From an uncultured Chthonomonadaceae bacterium (GTDB taxonomy: Bacteria > Armatimonadota > Chthonomonadetes > Chthonomonadales > Chthonomonadaceae): a stretch of 64,000 bases of DNA. The translations under genes were made by a program, and so were the position numbers. Position 1 is the stretch's first letter, and the number at the start of each line of letters is the position of its first letter. The notes under the pieces were generated by a model. That model searched no databases and was not told the DNA's origin. It saw only the letters and a list, made by a program, of their open reading frames with translations. Shown here piece after piece: positions 36,455 through 46,788 of this stretch. Where the stretch lies: NCBI GenBank assembly GCA_963835065.1, contig CAWIEK010000063.1:128001-192000 (forward strand), given 5' to 3'.

Positions 36455-37011
36455 TCGCTCTGCTCGATGCCAACGTCTTGTATCCACCCGCTTTGCGGGA
36501 CCTGCTGATGTGGCTGGCCGTCGTGGCGGCGTATGAGCCGCGCTGGACGGAGGAGATACACAGCGAATGGATGCGCAACGTCCTCAAAGACAGACCTGAA
36601 GTAACGCCCGCGCAATTAGAGCGTACGCGCAGACTGATGGATCAGGTGAACCCGAAGTGTTTGGTGAGCGGGTACGAGACGCGCATTGCCGCCCTCACGT
36701 TGCCGGACGCAAATGACCGCCACGTTCTGGCTGCCGCCCTTCATGCAGGCGCGGAAGTAATCGCTACTTTCAATCTGCGCCATTTCCCCCGGAAGACTCT
36801 GGCCCCACTTGGAGTTCGCGCGCTGGCTCCTGATATGTTTCTGGAGACCCTGTTCGTACAGAATCAGCCCCGGTTCCTGCGCGGCATACGTCAGCATCGG
36901 GCATCTCTGCACAACCCGCCCAAAACTGCCGAAGAATATCTGTTCGCGTTAACCGCTCAGGGACTAACGCGAACATCGGCGCGACTGGCAGCGCATCAAG
37001 ACGAAATCTGA
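36451..37011 (+). CDS. PIN domain toxin (VapC-like); apparent start is ATA overlapping the upstream TAA
   Basis: IALLDANVLYP...RDLL...I..EW...LPDANDRHVLAAA...TFNLRHFP. Confidence 0.85.
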   Translation: MIALLDANVLYPPALRDLLMWLAVVAAYEPRWTEEIHSEWMRNVLKDRPEVTPAQLERTRRLMDQVNPKCLVSGYETRIAALTLPDANDRHVLAAALHAGAEVIATFNLRHFPRKTLAPLGVRALAPDMFLETLFVQNQPRFLRGIRQHRASLHNPPKTAEEYLFALTAQGLTRTSARLAAHQDEI

Positions 37012-37025
37012 ACCCGGAGAACCAC

Positions 37026-37313
37026 TTACAAGGCGCGTTCGGTATACTCGCCCCGTTGCTGCGCGCGCATTTCCTTCAGCATGCTGTTGCCCGACGCCAG
37101 GAAGCAGAGAACCGAGGGAATCATGCGGACAATCCAAAAGTTCAGGAAAAATGGCAGGGGCAGCCAGATAAGCGGCAGCAGCAACAGCCAAAAGCCCAGC
37201 GCGGCAAACCGCAGGGACTTTTGCGCGTTGCGCCCCTTCACTTTGCTCGACAGCCACCACGCGCCCGCCCCCACCAGAATCGGCCACAGCCACGCAATCA
37301 ACACTTCCATCAT
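37026..37313 (-). CDS. Small membrane protein
   Basis: Three hydrophobic segments, AGGAG RBS. Confidence 0.65.
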   Translation of the reverse strand: MMEVLIAWLWPILVGAGAWWLSSKVKGRNAQKSLRFAALGFWLLLLPLIWLPLPFFLNFWIVRMIPSVLCFLASGNSMLKEMRAQQRGEYTERAL

Positions 37314-37669
37314 TGTCTTTCTCCTGTATTCCTGCCGGTTCCCGCGCAGGGAACACACTCAGCGCCCAAGCCCAAAGGCTATGTTGTCATCACCGCTATT
37401 TTGCTGTTGGAACATGCTTCCATGACCACAACATGCGCGGCGACATTATCATTGAGGGATGACGGCGGAACTCCCCCATGCGTATTATACACGGATTCCC
37501 GCCCTGCACAAGAGTTACGAACGAACCGCCCCGTTGGTGTCACGGAATAGGAAGGAAAAAGGGAAAAGGAGAAAGGAAAAAGTACATTCTATTATGGATT
37601 GTTACTTGCGCGTGTAAAGTTAGCTCCGGGCAACACGCCTTTTTCTTTCTCCTTTCTCCTTTTTCCTTC

Positions 37670-38089
37670 CTACCCCGGCATGACCACGCCAATGGTCAGC
37701 AGAATGTTGGCGTACACGCGCTGTTCCCCGGTGGCGATGACAAGGCAGGTTTGCGGCTGCGAGGCTTGCGCGTAGAAACTGAACCGCTCGACCGGCTTCA
37801 GTGTCAGGCCGGGCAGCAAGTCTCGAAACTCGCTGAAAATTCCCGGCTCCGAGCCGTCGGCGGTCTGCATCACATGCGCGGCCTCAATGGGAATCGCGCT
37901 TGTCAGGACACGCAGCACGTCGGTCGCATTCACCAACCCCGGCGCGAGATTGAGGTACACGCGGATGGTCGTTGGCGCAACGCCCGTCGAGTGTGGATAA
38001 TTGCCGTCGGAAATCAGCACCTGCGCGCCATGCCCCGCCCCGGCCAGCGCGCGTAAAATGTCCGGGTGCAGCAGCGTCCCTTTGAGCAT
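37670..38089 (-). CDS. RbsD/FucU family sugar mutarotase/pyranase
   Basis: MLKG.LLHP..L..L..AGHG..VLI.DGNYP...ERFSFY...IATGE...YANILL..GVV. Confidence 0.92.
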   Translation of the reverse strand: MLKGTLLHPDILRALAGAGHGAQVLISDGNYPHSTGVAPTTIRVYLNLAPGLVNATDVLRVLTSAIPIEAAHVMQTADGSEPGIFSEFRDLLPGLTLKPVERFSFYAQASQPQTCLVIATGEQRVYANILLTIGVVMPG

Positions 38090-38320
38090 GTCAGCCTCCA
38101 AGTAGTTGATAGTTGATAGTTGATAGCGCGATGTGCCGGGGAGATTGCGACATGCGCCTGCATCTGTCTGCGGGAATAGAAAACATGTAGTGGAACATCT
38201 ATCAACTATCAACTATCAACTAAATTCTTCCTGCCCTGCCTTTCCTCCTGCCAACCAGGAAGAAAATTACAGGAAGAAAATAAACTGTTGACGCAGATTT
38301 TTCAGGAAGCGGGAAATTTT

Positions 38321-38348
38321 TGCAACATCGGGTTTGGCGTGGCGTCAA
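38321..38348 (+). promoter_or_regulatory. Candidate ECF sigma promoter
   Basis: TGCAAC-16 nt-CGTCAA upstream of an anti-sigma gene. Confidence 0.45.
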
Positions 38349-38409
38349 ACCAAGCAGGTTTGTGGATAAGTTCGCCGATACGACTGTTCCAAGAGTGAAG
38401 GAAACGCGC

Positions 38410-39657
38410 ATGTCCGCCGAGTTCAATACGAGTAATAACAACAGCCGATTTTTTGTATCTTCGTCCTCCGTTCCCCAACGGAAAGATGCCGATGATCTCA
38501 TGTGGGAACTGCTCAGTCTGTATGTGGACGGCGAAGCGTCGCCCGATGAAGCCGCGCAAGTGGAACAAATGCTCCGCCACGACGCGGAATATGCCCGCGC
38601 GTACTCGTTCCTGAATCAAACGGGCCATGCGGTACGCGCCATTGTCGAGGTAGAACCGCCCGCTTTTCTGCGCGACGCGATTCTGGCGAAGACCAGCCAT
38701 CGGCTTACGTTTGCAAAGCGCCTGTCGGCGGCGATGACTACCCTGCGGGCACAGTTGGCCTTGCCTCCGATGGGCAGATTGGCGCTTGCGGGTGGCAGCC
38801 TTGCCGCCTGCGCCCTGCTGGTCGGCGTATGGACCGCGCGGTCTGCGGGCAACGGCAATTCTGCGCCCGTCATGTCCGAAGCCGCCTCCCAACCGAATAC
38901 ATCTGTTGCCGCAGCGCCCGCGCCGTTGGTTTCATCCTCTTCCGTCGCTAAAAACGTGGAAGCCCATCCTGAAACCGAAACGCCCCGTGAATCTGCTGCG
39001 GTTCCTTCCGTTCCCGACGGCAAATCGGCCATTGCCAAATTGACTCCCGCTCCGGTCAATGCGCTGCCTGCTGAAGTCAAGATTGACAAGATTGACATGA
39101 AGCAATTGCGCTCGGAACCGCCTATTGCCGCGTGGAACGTTGGGACTGCCGATAAAACTAAATCGCCTGCGACTCCGAGCGCGAAAACCAATGGCCCTGT
39201 CTTCGGCAAGCGCAGCGACAGGGTAATTGCTTCAAATGACAAGCAGTACAAAATCCCGCAGCCGCCATACAAACAAGGTGGATTCGCTGGTGACAGCAAC
39301 GTAATTACGCAAAATGTGTCGCCCATGATGGACGATAACGTACAGCATCGTCAGCCTCCTATGATGCTCGCGTCTCTGAAAACCGATGATGATCTGGATA
39401 AGAAGGACGTTGTCACAAGTAATGGCGACGGCAGCGCGTCAACAACGGTTGCTTCAACGGACACGGATACGCCGCCCAAAGGCACGATTGTCGGCAAACT
39501 GCAACTGAGTAAACTGCCGCCTGCCTCGCGCCACCTCCAAACGGCGGCGGACATTCAGCGCATTCAGGAAGCCCGCAACATGAGCTTTACGGCAACGGCC
39601 ATGGAAGGCATGCAGCGCCGTGACGCCGACTTGTCCGTAATCTCCGGCAAGTTCTAA
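38410..39657 (+). CDS. Anti-sigma factor-like membrane protein
   Basis: ELLSLYVDGEASPDEAAQVEQML, EPPAFLRDAIL, single TM, disordered C-part. Confidence 0.8.
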   Translation: MSAEFNTSNNNSRFFVSSSSVPQRKDADDLMWELLSLYVDGEASPDEAAQVEQMLRHDAEYARAYSFLNQTGHAVRAIVEVEPPAFLRDAILAKTSHRLTFAKRLSAAMTTLRAQLALPPMGRLALAGGSLAACALLVGVWTARSAGNGNSAPVMSEAASQPNTSVAAAPAPLVSSSSVAKNVEAHPETETPRESAAVPSVPDGKSAIAKLTPAPVNALPAEVKIDKIDMKQLRSEPPIAAWNVGTADKTKSPATPSAKTNGPVFGKRSDRVIASNDKQYKIPQPPYKQGGFAGDSNVITQNVSPMMDDNVQHRQPPMMLASLKTDDDLDKKDVVTSNGDGSASTTVASTDTDTPPKGTIVGKLQLSKLPPASRHLQTAADIQRIQEARNMSFTATAMEGMQRRDADLSVISGKF

Positions 39658-39886
39658 ATCGGTATTCGGTGTTCAGGTGTTCGGTGTTCGGGCAGATCGC
39701 TGGTGTGCATCGCCGCGCAAATGTCATACTTGAGTAGTTGAGGCCGCAAAAACACGGCGCGGCTTGTGGTTGAGATTTCAGTTTACGATTTTGAGAAATG
39801 TGGCTCCGGTTGGTCACACCAGCGGTCGGACGGAAACGGCCGACCGCTTATCTTTGACGATGTTGGTAGGTTAGGATTGGTTCGCA

Positions 39887-42800
39887 ATGGGTGTGATAAC
39901 AGCAACGCAGGCAAATCAGAAAATTAAAGGAGCGCGCGGAGGCGGGCGTTTGCGCCGGTTTTGCGCGCGTCGGCTTACGTTGCGCGTTTCAAGCGCGGTG
40001 TTGCCCCTGCTTTTCGCCGCGCCCGTTCATGCGCAAACGCCGCCCGTCACGGATGCGGGCAAGACGGCAGACAGCAAACAAAAAGCAGAAGCCGTAACGC
40101 CGCTCACAATCGTCAATCCACAATCCACAATCGTCAATTCCTCCACCGTGCCGCTGAACGTGCTGAACGTGGGCAATGCCGCCGCGTCTGCTGTCGCGTC
40201 GCCGGGCGTCGGCGCGCTGGAAACCCTGCGCGGCAACGGCGGGCAGACGGGTTATACGCTGGCGCACAACCCAATTGTGCCGACTTCGTTAAGCGTGTAT
40301 GCGAGCGGCAAGCGCCTGAAAGTAAATGAAGATTTCTGGCTGGACGCGAGTTCCGGCACGCTGTACTTCGCTTTGCCGCTCCACGCTTCCGAAAGCCTCA
40401 GCGTGGCCTATCGCTATCTGGAAGGCGACGCGGCGAAAGCATTGCAGCAGAGCGCGGCAGGCTTGCAGCTGAACTTGAGTGAGACCACCCATTTCAACGT
40501 GCTTTACGGGCTGAATTCCCTGCAGGAAAACGGCGCGAATCTGGCGCTAAACGGCCTGCGCATGGACAGCCTGTTCGGTTCGTCCGGCAAATCGCGCTAC
40601 AGCGGCCTTGTGTACCTTGCCGACCTGCATCCCTCCACCGATACTTCCGCTTCCTGGCGCGACCTCCTGAATCCTGCCAAGTCGAAGTCCTCGCCTGCGC
40701 CTTCCCTGACAGGTTCCGGCTCCGGCCATATTCTGTCGCAATCGCTGGCGGTGCAGACAAGCGGCCTGCGTCTTTCCGCCGATTTTCAGGACGTTAGCAA
40801 GCAGTTTGCCGGGTTCGCCGATCTGAAAAAGGGCGCGGCAAGCGACAAAACCGCGCTGGCGCAACTGGCGCAGATGGAAAAAGAAAAGGGGTTGCAGCGA
40901 TTGGGCTTCGGCGTGGGGTTGGGCGGACTGCAAGCCGCAAAACCGACAGACGGCCTGACAATCGAATGGAACCAGATTCAGGATAAGACCGCCAACGACG
41001 CCAAAAAACACGCGCCCGCTTCCCCCTTCGCCGTTAAGCTCGCAGGGCAGACGGACGCCCCCGGAACTTCCAAGACAGCAGATAAATCCGCGCCGGAACC
41101 TGTTCCTGCCGACACGCTGCCCGCGTCGCGGCGCCAGAGTTTGGGACTGCAAAGCGGTGGGCTGAACTTCAGCCTGACCCGGCGCGAAACCGACAAAGCC
41201 TTCAAGCGCCTGAGCGACCTGAGCGATAGTGAAAAGAACGCCCTTGCCCTCGACATTCGCCGCCAATTCGATCCGAACGCCAAATTGGAGCAGGTGACGC
41301 AGGCTGAGCGCGACCAAATCATCCACGAAGCCGGCCTGTCCCGCCAAACCATGCTCGGACGCTTCCAATTAGGCAAAACCGAACGCGACGGCGTTTTCAC
41401 CTTCGGCCAATTCTCGCTGGACGCAGAGGAAGAAAAGGAGAAAAGGAGAAAAGGAGAAAAGGAGACAGGAGAGCAGGATTCATCCTTCAGCCTTCATCCT
41501 TCATCCTTGTCTGCCCCCTCAATACTGAGTGGCATTACCCGGCAGACGTTGGGCTTTACCAACGCGCATTTGCAGTTTTCCACGCTGTCGCAGACCATTG
41601 TGAGCAATTTTGCGCGTATCGGCGACCTGTCAGACGTGGAAAAAGCGCAGTTCGGCAAGGAAACCGGCCTGAAGCGCGATCAAATGTCCCTGCTGTGGCA
41701 GCCGGACAAAACTACGAAAATCGGGCTGGACAAGCTGCGTATCGGCGGTTCGCTGGAAGCCATTCAAGCGGCGGTTGGAAAAGCAACCGACGCGGGGAAA
41801 GTGGAAGCCGCCAAAGACGCGCAGGCGAGTACGGGTGACAGCGCCGCGAATGCCGCAAGCGCCGCCAAAATTGACAAGAGCATTGTGGACGCGCGCAAAA
41901 CAGCGGAAGCCGCTACGGAGCGCGAAACGATGCGCGTGGAACTCAAAGGCTTCAAATACCTTGCCAGCCAGGCGCATACGGACAAAGAATTCGCCCGTTC
42001 CGCCGACCTTGCCCTGCCGGACGCGGACAAGCAGCAGATCGAAAAAGAGCGCGGCTATGACCGCAAAGATACCACTTTACATCTTGACGCAATCAAGGGC
42101 CTGACGCTGGACCGCTATACGTACCAGGCGGACAACAAATTGGATCGGCTGACGCATGACATTATTAAAGACAGTCTTGCATACGCGCCCTCCAAAAACT
42201 GGTCGCTGACGTATGCCGCCGACCACGACGCCACGCTTGCGCCCGATCCGAGCAGCGCGCAGGGTCAGGCTGCCCCAACCGGTACAAGCCTTGTAAGCGC
42301 AAGTGGCGACATGAAAAACGGTAACGTTCCGCTTAGTGACCGCAAGATAAGTGGAACCGCGCATACCAAGTTCGGCTTAAAGGGCGCACTTGCCCGCAAT
42401 TATGGGTTGGACTGGCAGCGCGACGAAACCAGAACGCTGGAAAACGACAAAACCAAGAATGTCACGGTCACGGATGCCCTGACGCTGGGAGCGCCCAAAG
42501 ACAAAGTCGGCGTTGGCCTGACCTACAGCGATAAACGGATCGCGTACCAAAGCAACACGATAGACAAGCTGGACGCCAAATACGACAACACATCAGAGTT
42601 CAACCTTCACGTCAAGCCGACCAAGACGCTGACGCTGCAATACGGGCAAAAGCTGCTTGACCGGCGCATAGACACCGCAGACACCAAAGCGGAAAATAAG
42701 CTGGATGGGCAAGTCACGACGGACTCGCTGGAATTGGACTGGCAGGCGGCGAAAAACTTTGATATTATTTTGGGCACGTCGCAAACCGATGCGCCGGACG

Positions 42801-43855
42801 CGCCTCGCCTTGCCGCCGACAAACTGGCCGTCACGCAAAAACTGGATGCGGCGATCAAGCAGGCGCAGGACGGCGTAGCGCAACTGGAAGCCGGCAAAAC
42901 GCTGAACGGCAAGCCGGGAGACAAGCCGACGCCCGTGAAAAAGCCCGATTTTGCCGTTCCCCTGATTACGGACAGCAACACCGTCTCACTTGGCGTGAAA
43001 TCGGAGCCGGTGAAAAACGTCGCCCTTGCCGCCAAGTTCGATACCGTGCATGAGGAAGGTCGCAACACCAAAGACGTAGCCGACTTTTCTATCGGCAACG
43101 CCAAGCCGCTGCAAGTCGGCGTCCTGAAGGATGTGACTATCAAGGCCGGGTACGCTTCGCTGAACGACAAGAGCCTGCTGCAAAACGAGACTATGACGGG
43201 CCATGCGGAATGGAAGCTGTACAAGCACGAGTTTCTGCTGGATTACGGCGGCTTTTCCAAGCTGGAAGGTCTGTCGCTGACGGAAACCATCGCCCGCACC
43301 TATTCGTTCAAGACCAATCCTGACCCGAAGCTCTGGTTTCACGGCGGCTACTATTACAAAGTGCGGACGCTGGCGGACGGCAAGGAAAAGCACATTCGCC
43401 GCTTTACAGCCGACGCCCTGCTTGCTAAAAGCACCCATTTCACCTACATGTATGGAACCCTGCCGGAAGACGATAAAGGCAACATTCAGCCCTTGGAAAC
43501 GCTGGAACTGGCGCTGTCGCATACCCTGCGCCCCAAAACCAACCTTTCCCTTTTCTACCGCCTGAACGACCAGGTAGAAAAAGGCAACTGGACGCGCGGG
43601 CTTGGCGTGAGTCTGGACGGATTTTTGGGCAGCAAAACAAAGTGGGGCGTGGCGATCAGCCGCGAAGCCACCGGCTATTACGGCATTTACAGCGACCACG
43701 CCGAACATGCGCGATTTTCAGTGGATCAGCAGCTCAATAGCGACAACTTCCTGTCGGTTTCCGCCGAATACCGCCTGCACGACGGCAAGGATGGCGACGG
43801 CAAGATCGTCAACGACGAAGTTCGCGCCACCCTCGACTTCAGCCGTAAATTCTGA
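39887..43855 (+). CDS. Large exported protein, probable outer-membrane beta-barrel
   Basis: Signal peptide ...APVHA-Q, alternating beta strands, C-terminal LDFSRKF. Confidence 0.75.
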   Translation: MGVITATQANQKIKGARGGGRLRRFCARRLTLRVSSAVLPLLFAAPVHAQTPPVTDAGKTADSKQKAEAVTPLTIVNPQSTIVNSSTVPLNVLNVGNAAASAVASPGVGALETLRGNGGQTGYTLAHNPIVPTSLSVYASGKRLKVNEDFWLDASSGTLYFALPLHASESLSVAYRYLEGDAAKALQQSAAGLQLNLSETTHFNVLYGLNSLQENGANLALNGLRMDSLFGSSGKSRYSGLVYLADLHPSTDTSASWRDLLNPAKSKSSPAPSLTGSGSGHILSQSLAVQTSGLRLSADFQDVSKQFAGFADLKKGAASDKTALAQLAQMEKEKGLQRLGFGVGLGGLQAAKPTDGLTIEWNQIQDKTANDAKKHAPASPFAVKLAGQTDAPGTSKTADKSAPEPVPADTLPASRRQSLGLQSGGLNFSLTRRETDKAFKRLSDLSDSEKNALALDIRRQFDPNAKLEQVTQAERDQIIHEAGLSRQTMLGRFQLGKTERDGVFTFGQFSLDAEEEKEKRRKGEKETGEQDSSFSLHPSSLSAPSILSGITRQTLGFTNAHLQFSTLSQTIVSNFARIGDLSDVEKAQFGKETGLKRDQMSLLWQPDKTTKIGLDKLRIGGSLEAIQAAVGKATDAGKVEAAKDAQASTGDSAANAASAAKIDKSIVDARKTAEAATERETMRVELKGFKYLASQAHTDKEFARSADLALPDADKQQIEKERGYDRKDTTLHLDAIKGLTLDRYTYQADNKLDRLTHDIIKDSLAYAPSKNWSLTYAADHDATLAPDPSSAQGQAAPTGTSLVSASGDMKNGNVPLSDRKISGTAHTKFGLKGALARNYGLDWQRDETRTLENDKTKNVTVTDALTLGAPKDKVGVGLTYSDKRIAYQSNTIDKLDAKYDNTSEFNLHVKPTKTLTLQYGQKLLDRRIDTADTKAENKLDGQVTTDSLELDWQAAKNFDIILGTSQTDAPDAPRLAADKLAVTQKLDAAIKQAQDGVAQLEAGKTLNGKPGDKPTPVKKPDFAVPLITDSNTVSLGVKSEPVKNVALAAKFDTVHEEGRNTKDVADFSIGNAKPLQVGVLKDVTIKAGYASLNDKSLLQNETMTGHAEWKLYKHEFLLDYGGFSKLEGLSLTETIARTYSFKTNPDPKLWFHGGYYYKVRTLADGKEKHIRRFTADALLAKSTHFTYMYGTLPEDDKGNIQPLETLELALSHTLRPKTNLSLFYRLNDQVEKGNWTRGLGVSLDGFLGSKTKWGVAISREATGYYGIYSDHAEHARFSVDQQLNSDNFLSVSAEYRLHDGKDGDGKIVNDEVRATLDFSRKF

Positions 43856-43876
43856 ATATGCTCGCATGCGCCGGCG

Positions 43877-44434
43877 TTAGCGGATGGTAAATAGCCGATC
43901 CACTGCAAATCGCCAATCCGCTATTACAGGTTCAGCATCCGCCGTGTCGCCGCGCCGAAAGATACAGGGAGCGTCCGGGCTGTCGGCGCGATACGCTCTG
44001 ATGACATCCATACTCAGCAAATCTACGTCCCAGACGATTTGTGTGCCCGCCGCGAAGTAATCCGTGATTTTGGCGGCGATAGCGCGTTCCGCTTTGGGGC
44101 CGTAGTCGTGTTCGCTGCGCACCTCTACGGCGAAAATGGGCGCTCCCTGCAAAAACTCCATGGTGTCCACATTGCCGATATGCCAGGCGGCATCCGGGCT
44201 GAACGATTCACGATTGGGTAAATCCACAAGGAACCCGACGTTGTCGGGAATGGCATAGCCGCCTCCCTGCTCTTCTTCATGCCTTTGCAGGCTGACGTAA
44301 ATTTTACCGCCCGCTCTGCCCGGAATACTTCCTGTGGGACACATCCGCATCAATTCTCCATTTACAAGTTCGGCTTTGCCGTGTTCCGGCACATTGTACA
44401 GGTCTTGGAGGGTGGCGTGAGACTTGGAAATCAT
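43877..44434 (-). CDS. Uma2 family endonuclease
   Basis: ELVNGEL, SPDAA, P.FAVEVRS, K..DYFAAGT..VWDVD. Confidence 0.9.
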   Translation of the reverse strand: MISKSHATLQDLYNVPEHGKAELVNGELMRMCPTGSIPGRAGGKIYVSLQRHEEEQGGGYAIPDNVGFLVDLPNRESFSPDAAWHIGNVDTMEFLQGAPIFAVEVRSEHDYGPKAERAIAAKITDYFAAGTQIVWDVDLLSMDVIRAYRADSPDAPCIFRRGDTADAEPVIADWRFAVDRLFTIR

Positions 44435-44701
44435 GCTAGTGTCTCCTCATATTTTCATCGCAGCGTCACGTTCAAAACAATTTGTCTGGCGCTGTACTCT
44501 ATAATACGCTTACGCGGCAAATTCTCCTGCTTGATATTCTGTCTGCGCGTTCATTCATGTCAGGTGGGTTGAAACGAAAGACACAGAAAAGAAGTTTTGC
44601 TTGTTGCTGCGTTTGCCTGGTGCTTTGCCTGGGGAACAGAACCTCCGGCGGCATCGTACTTCATACAGGAACACGCCCGAAAAATCAAGCCTTTCGAGAG
44701 A

Positions 44702-44730
44702 TTGAAAGCAAGGCGCAAATGCGGTACAAT
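44702..44730 (+). promoter_or_regulatory. Sigma70-type promoter for nuoB
   Basis: TTGAAA-17 nt-TACAAT. Confidence 0.6.
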
Positions 44731-44742
44731 GTAGGTGTGAGA

Positions 44743-44760
44743 TTGTGAAGAATAGAACAA
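44743..44760 (+). promoter_or_regulatory. Candidate Rex operator
   Basis: TTGTGAA-GAAT-AGAACAA versus consensus TTGTGAA-N4-TTCACAA, just downstream of the -10. Confidence 0.4.
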
Positions 44761-44864
44761 ACTTGCGTGACGTAGGGCGTGAGCCACGCTTCCGCCCTGA
44801 TGTTCGCGTACAGCAAGCCTGCGCGCGATGAAACCAGCGCTTGAAAATTGAGGAGCCAGAAACA

Positions 44865-45455
44865 ATGGCACGATCCGTAACCGAAATATCCCTGCACGAC
44901 TCCGGTACGCCCACCCCTTCCTTCGGGCCGGGCGGTTCGCCGTTCGTGCTTGCAAAACTGGATGAGTTGGTCAACTGGGCGCGGCGCAACAGCCTGTGGC
45001 CGCTCACGTTCGGGCTGGCCTGCTGCGCGATTGAGATGATGGCGACGGCGGGTTCGCGCTTCGACATCAGCCGCTTTGGAGCCGAAGTGTTCCGCGCCAC
45101 GCCGCGCCAGGCCGACGTAATGATTGTGGCAGGCCGCGTGTCCACCAAAATGGGACCCGTTCTGCGCCAGATTTACGACCAGATGCCCAACCCGAAGTGG
45201 GTCATCAGCATGGGCGCGTGCGCCAGCACGGGCGGCGTGTACAACAACTACGCCATCCTCCAGGGCGTAGACCAGATCGTTCCGGTTGACATCTACGTAC
45301 CCGGCTGCCCGCCCAGCCCCGACGCGCTGATTTACGGCATCCTGAAACTTCAGGAGAAAATCAAAGCGCAGGGTTCGGGAGCCACCATTGAGTTCAAGGA
45401 ATTGAAAAACATGTTCTCGCGCCCGGGCGGCAATCCGACGGCGGGGGGGAAGTAG
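44865..45455 (+). CDS. nuoB: NADH-quinone oxidoreductase subunit B
   Basis: [40 protein letters not shown]. Confidence 0.98.
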   Translation: MARSVTEISLHDSGTPTPSFGPGGSPFVLAKLDELVNWARRNSLWPLTFGLACCAIEMMATAGSRFDISRFGAEVFRATPRQADVMIVAGRVSTKMGPVLRQIYDQMPNPKWVISMGACASTGGVYNNYAILQGVDQIVPVDIYVPGCPPSPDALIYGILKLQEKIKAQGSGATIEFKELKNMFSRPGGNPTAGGK

Positions 45456-45528
45456 GCATTAGGCATTAGGCATTAGGCATTAGGAAATGCGAATTCCTCT
45501 AATGCCTAATGCCTAATGCCTAATGCCT
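45453..45528. repeat. Inverted heptamer arrays (AGGCATT)4 / (TAATGCC)4
   Basis: Directly visible between nuoB and nuoI. Confidence 0.9.
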
Positions 45529-45539
45529 GGAGCGCAGTG

Positions 45540-46133
45540 ATGAGTTTTCTAGCCGATATGAACAACCGCATGAATCTGGTGAAGGCGAAGGGCGAGGAGA
45601 TCAAGATCAAGGCGCTGGAGCCGGCCAATGGAACCAAAGCGCTGGCGACGGGGTTTGGCATCACGTTCAAGCACTATCTGGAACAGCAGCTCAAGCTGAA
45701 GCCGAATACGACGGTATCGTATCCCGAACAGATACGCGAGCAGTTTCCGCGTACGCGCTGGCGTCACGCCCTGACCCGCTACGACAACGGGCTGGAAAAG
45801 TGCATCGGGTGCAGCCTGTGCGCCGGAGCCTGCCCTGCCCGGTGTATTTATGTGGAAGCGGCGGAAAACACGGACGAGGAGCGGTACTCGCCGGGTGAGC
45901 GCTACGCCACCAAGTACGAGATCAACATGCTGCGCTGCATCTTCTGCGGCTACTGCCAGGACGCCTGCCCCACCGGAGCGATTGTGCTGCGCAAGGATTT
46001 TGAACTGTCCACCTACAACCGCGCCGACAACCTGTACACCAAAGAAATGCTGCTCGAACCCGCGCCCCTCACGTCGGCCACCATTCCGATTTCGGAAGTG
46101 ACCGTTGTAGACCGCGAGGCAAGCACCCATTAA
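45540..46133 (+). CDS. nuoI: NADH-quinone oxidoreductase subunit I
   Basis: T.SYPE, CIGCSLCAGACP, CIFCGYCQDACP. Confidence 0.97.
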   Translation: MSFLADMNNRMNLVKAKGEEIKIKALEPANGTKALATGFGITFKHYLEQQLKLKPNTTVSYPEQIREQFPRTRWRHALTRYDNGLEKCIGCSLCAGACPARCIYVEAAENTDEERYSPGERYATKYEINMLRCIFCGYCQDACPTGAIVLRKDFELSTYNRADNLYTKEMLLEPAPLTSATIPISEVTVVDREASTH

Positions 46134-46788
46134 TCTTAGGGCCGGGGTCTCTAAACTGGAAAAGAAAAAGAGTATGTAGAGACAGCGTCGAAATCTTGGC
46201 AATGCAGCGCTTCCAGCACAGTGTCTCGTTGTGTCAGATTGTAGTGGAGAGGCGTCGTGACCTCGTGAGCGTCAGGGCGAACGGGGAGAGTGACCAGGCA
46301 TCTTCCAGCACCTCCCTTCCAGGTTAGATTGTTGAGCGTTGCTAGGGACTAGGAACTTTCAACGGCCCGCCACCTGGCTCGTTAGCGTCTCTATTTAGTA
46401 GACGTGTATGTGTACTTAGACGAGTTGGAGGCAGAGAAGGTTCGTTGTTTGTGCTGTTTATGTAGATATTTTTCTACTTTCTTGCACATTCTTTTTGTCT
46501 TGGTCAACCCGGAGGAGGCAGCAGACACAGCACAGGGGCGAATGACCTACGAGGGGATAAGTGTTGAGCATTTTAGATGCGCTAGCCTGCCTTTAATCTA
46601 ATGTTGAATTCCTACAAGAAATGCCGGTGTGACTGCTGTAAAGTATGTTCACATCGGCTTTGTTTTACGGCCATACTTCGGAAGGGCTGGCTCAAACGCG
46701 CTCAACACCTTTTTCCGTATAGCGAAGCCTTTCCCTGTTGTCAACATTACTGGCAGGCTGCTGTACGCCATAATGCAGCAAATCCTTA

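Noticed and set aside
46134..46788. Non-coding stretch after nuoI as an ncRNA or gene
   Set aside because: No convincing ORF, structure or motif; composition is atypical and may be noisy sequence
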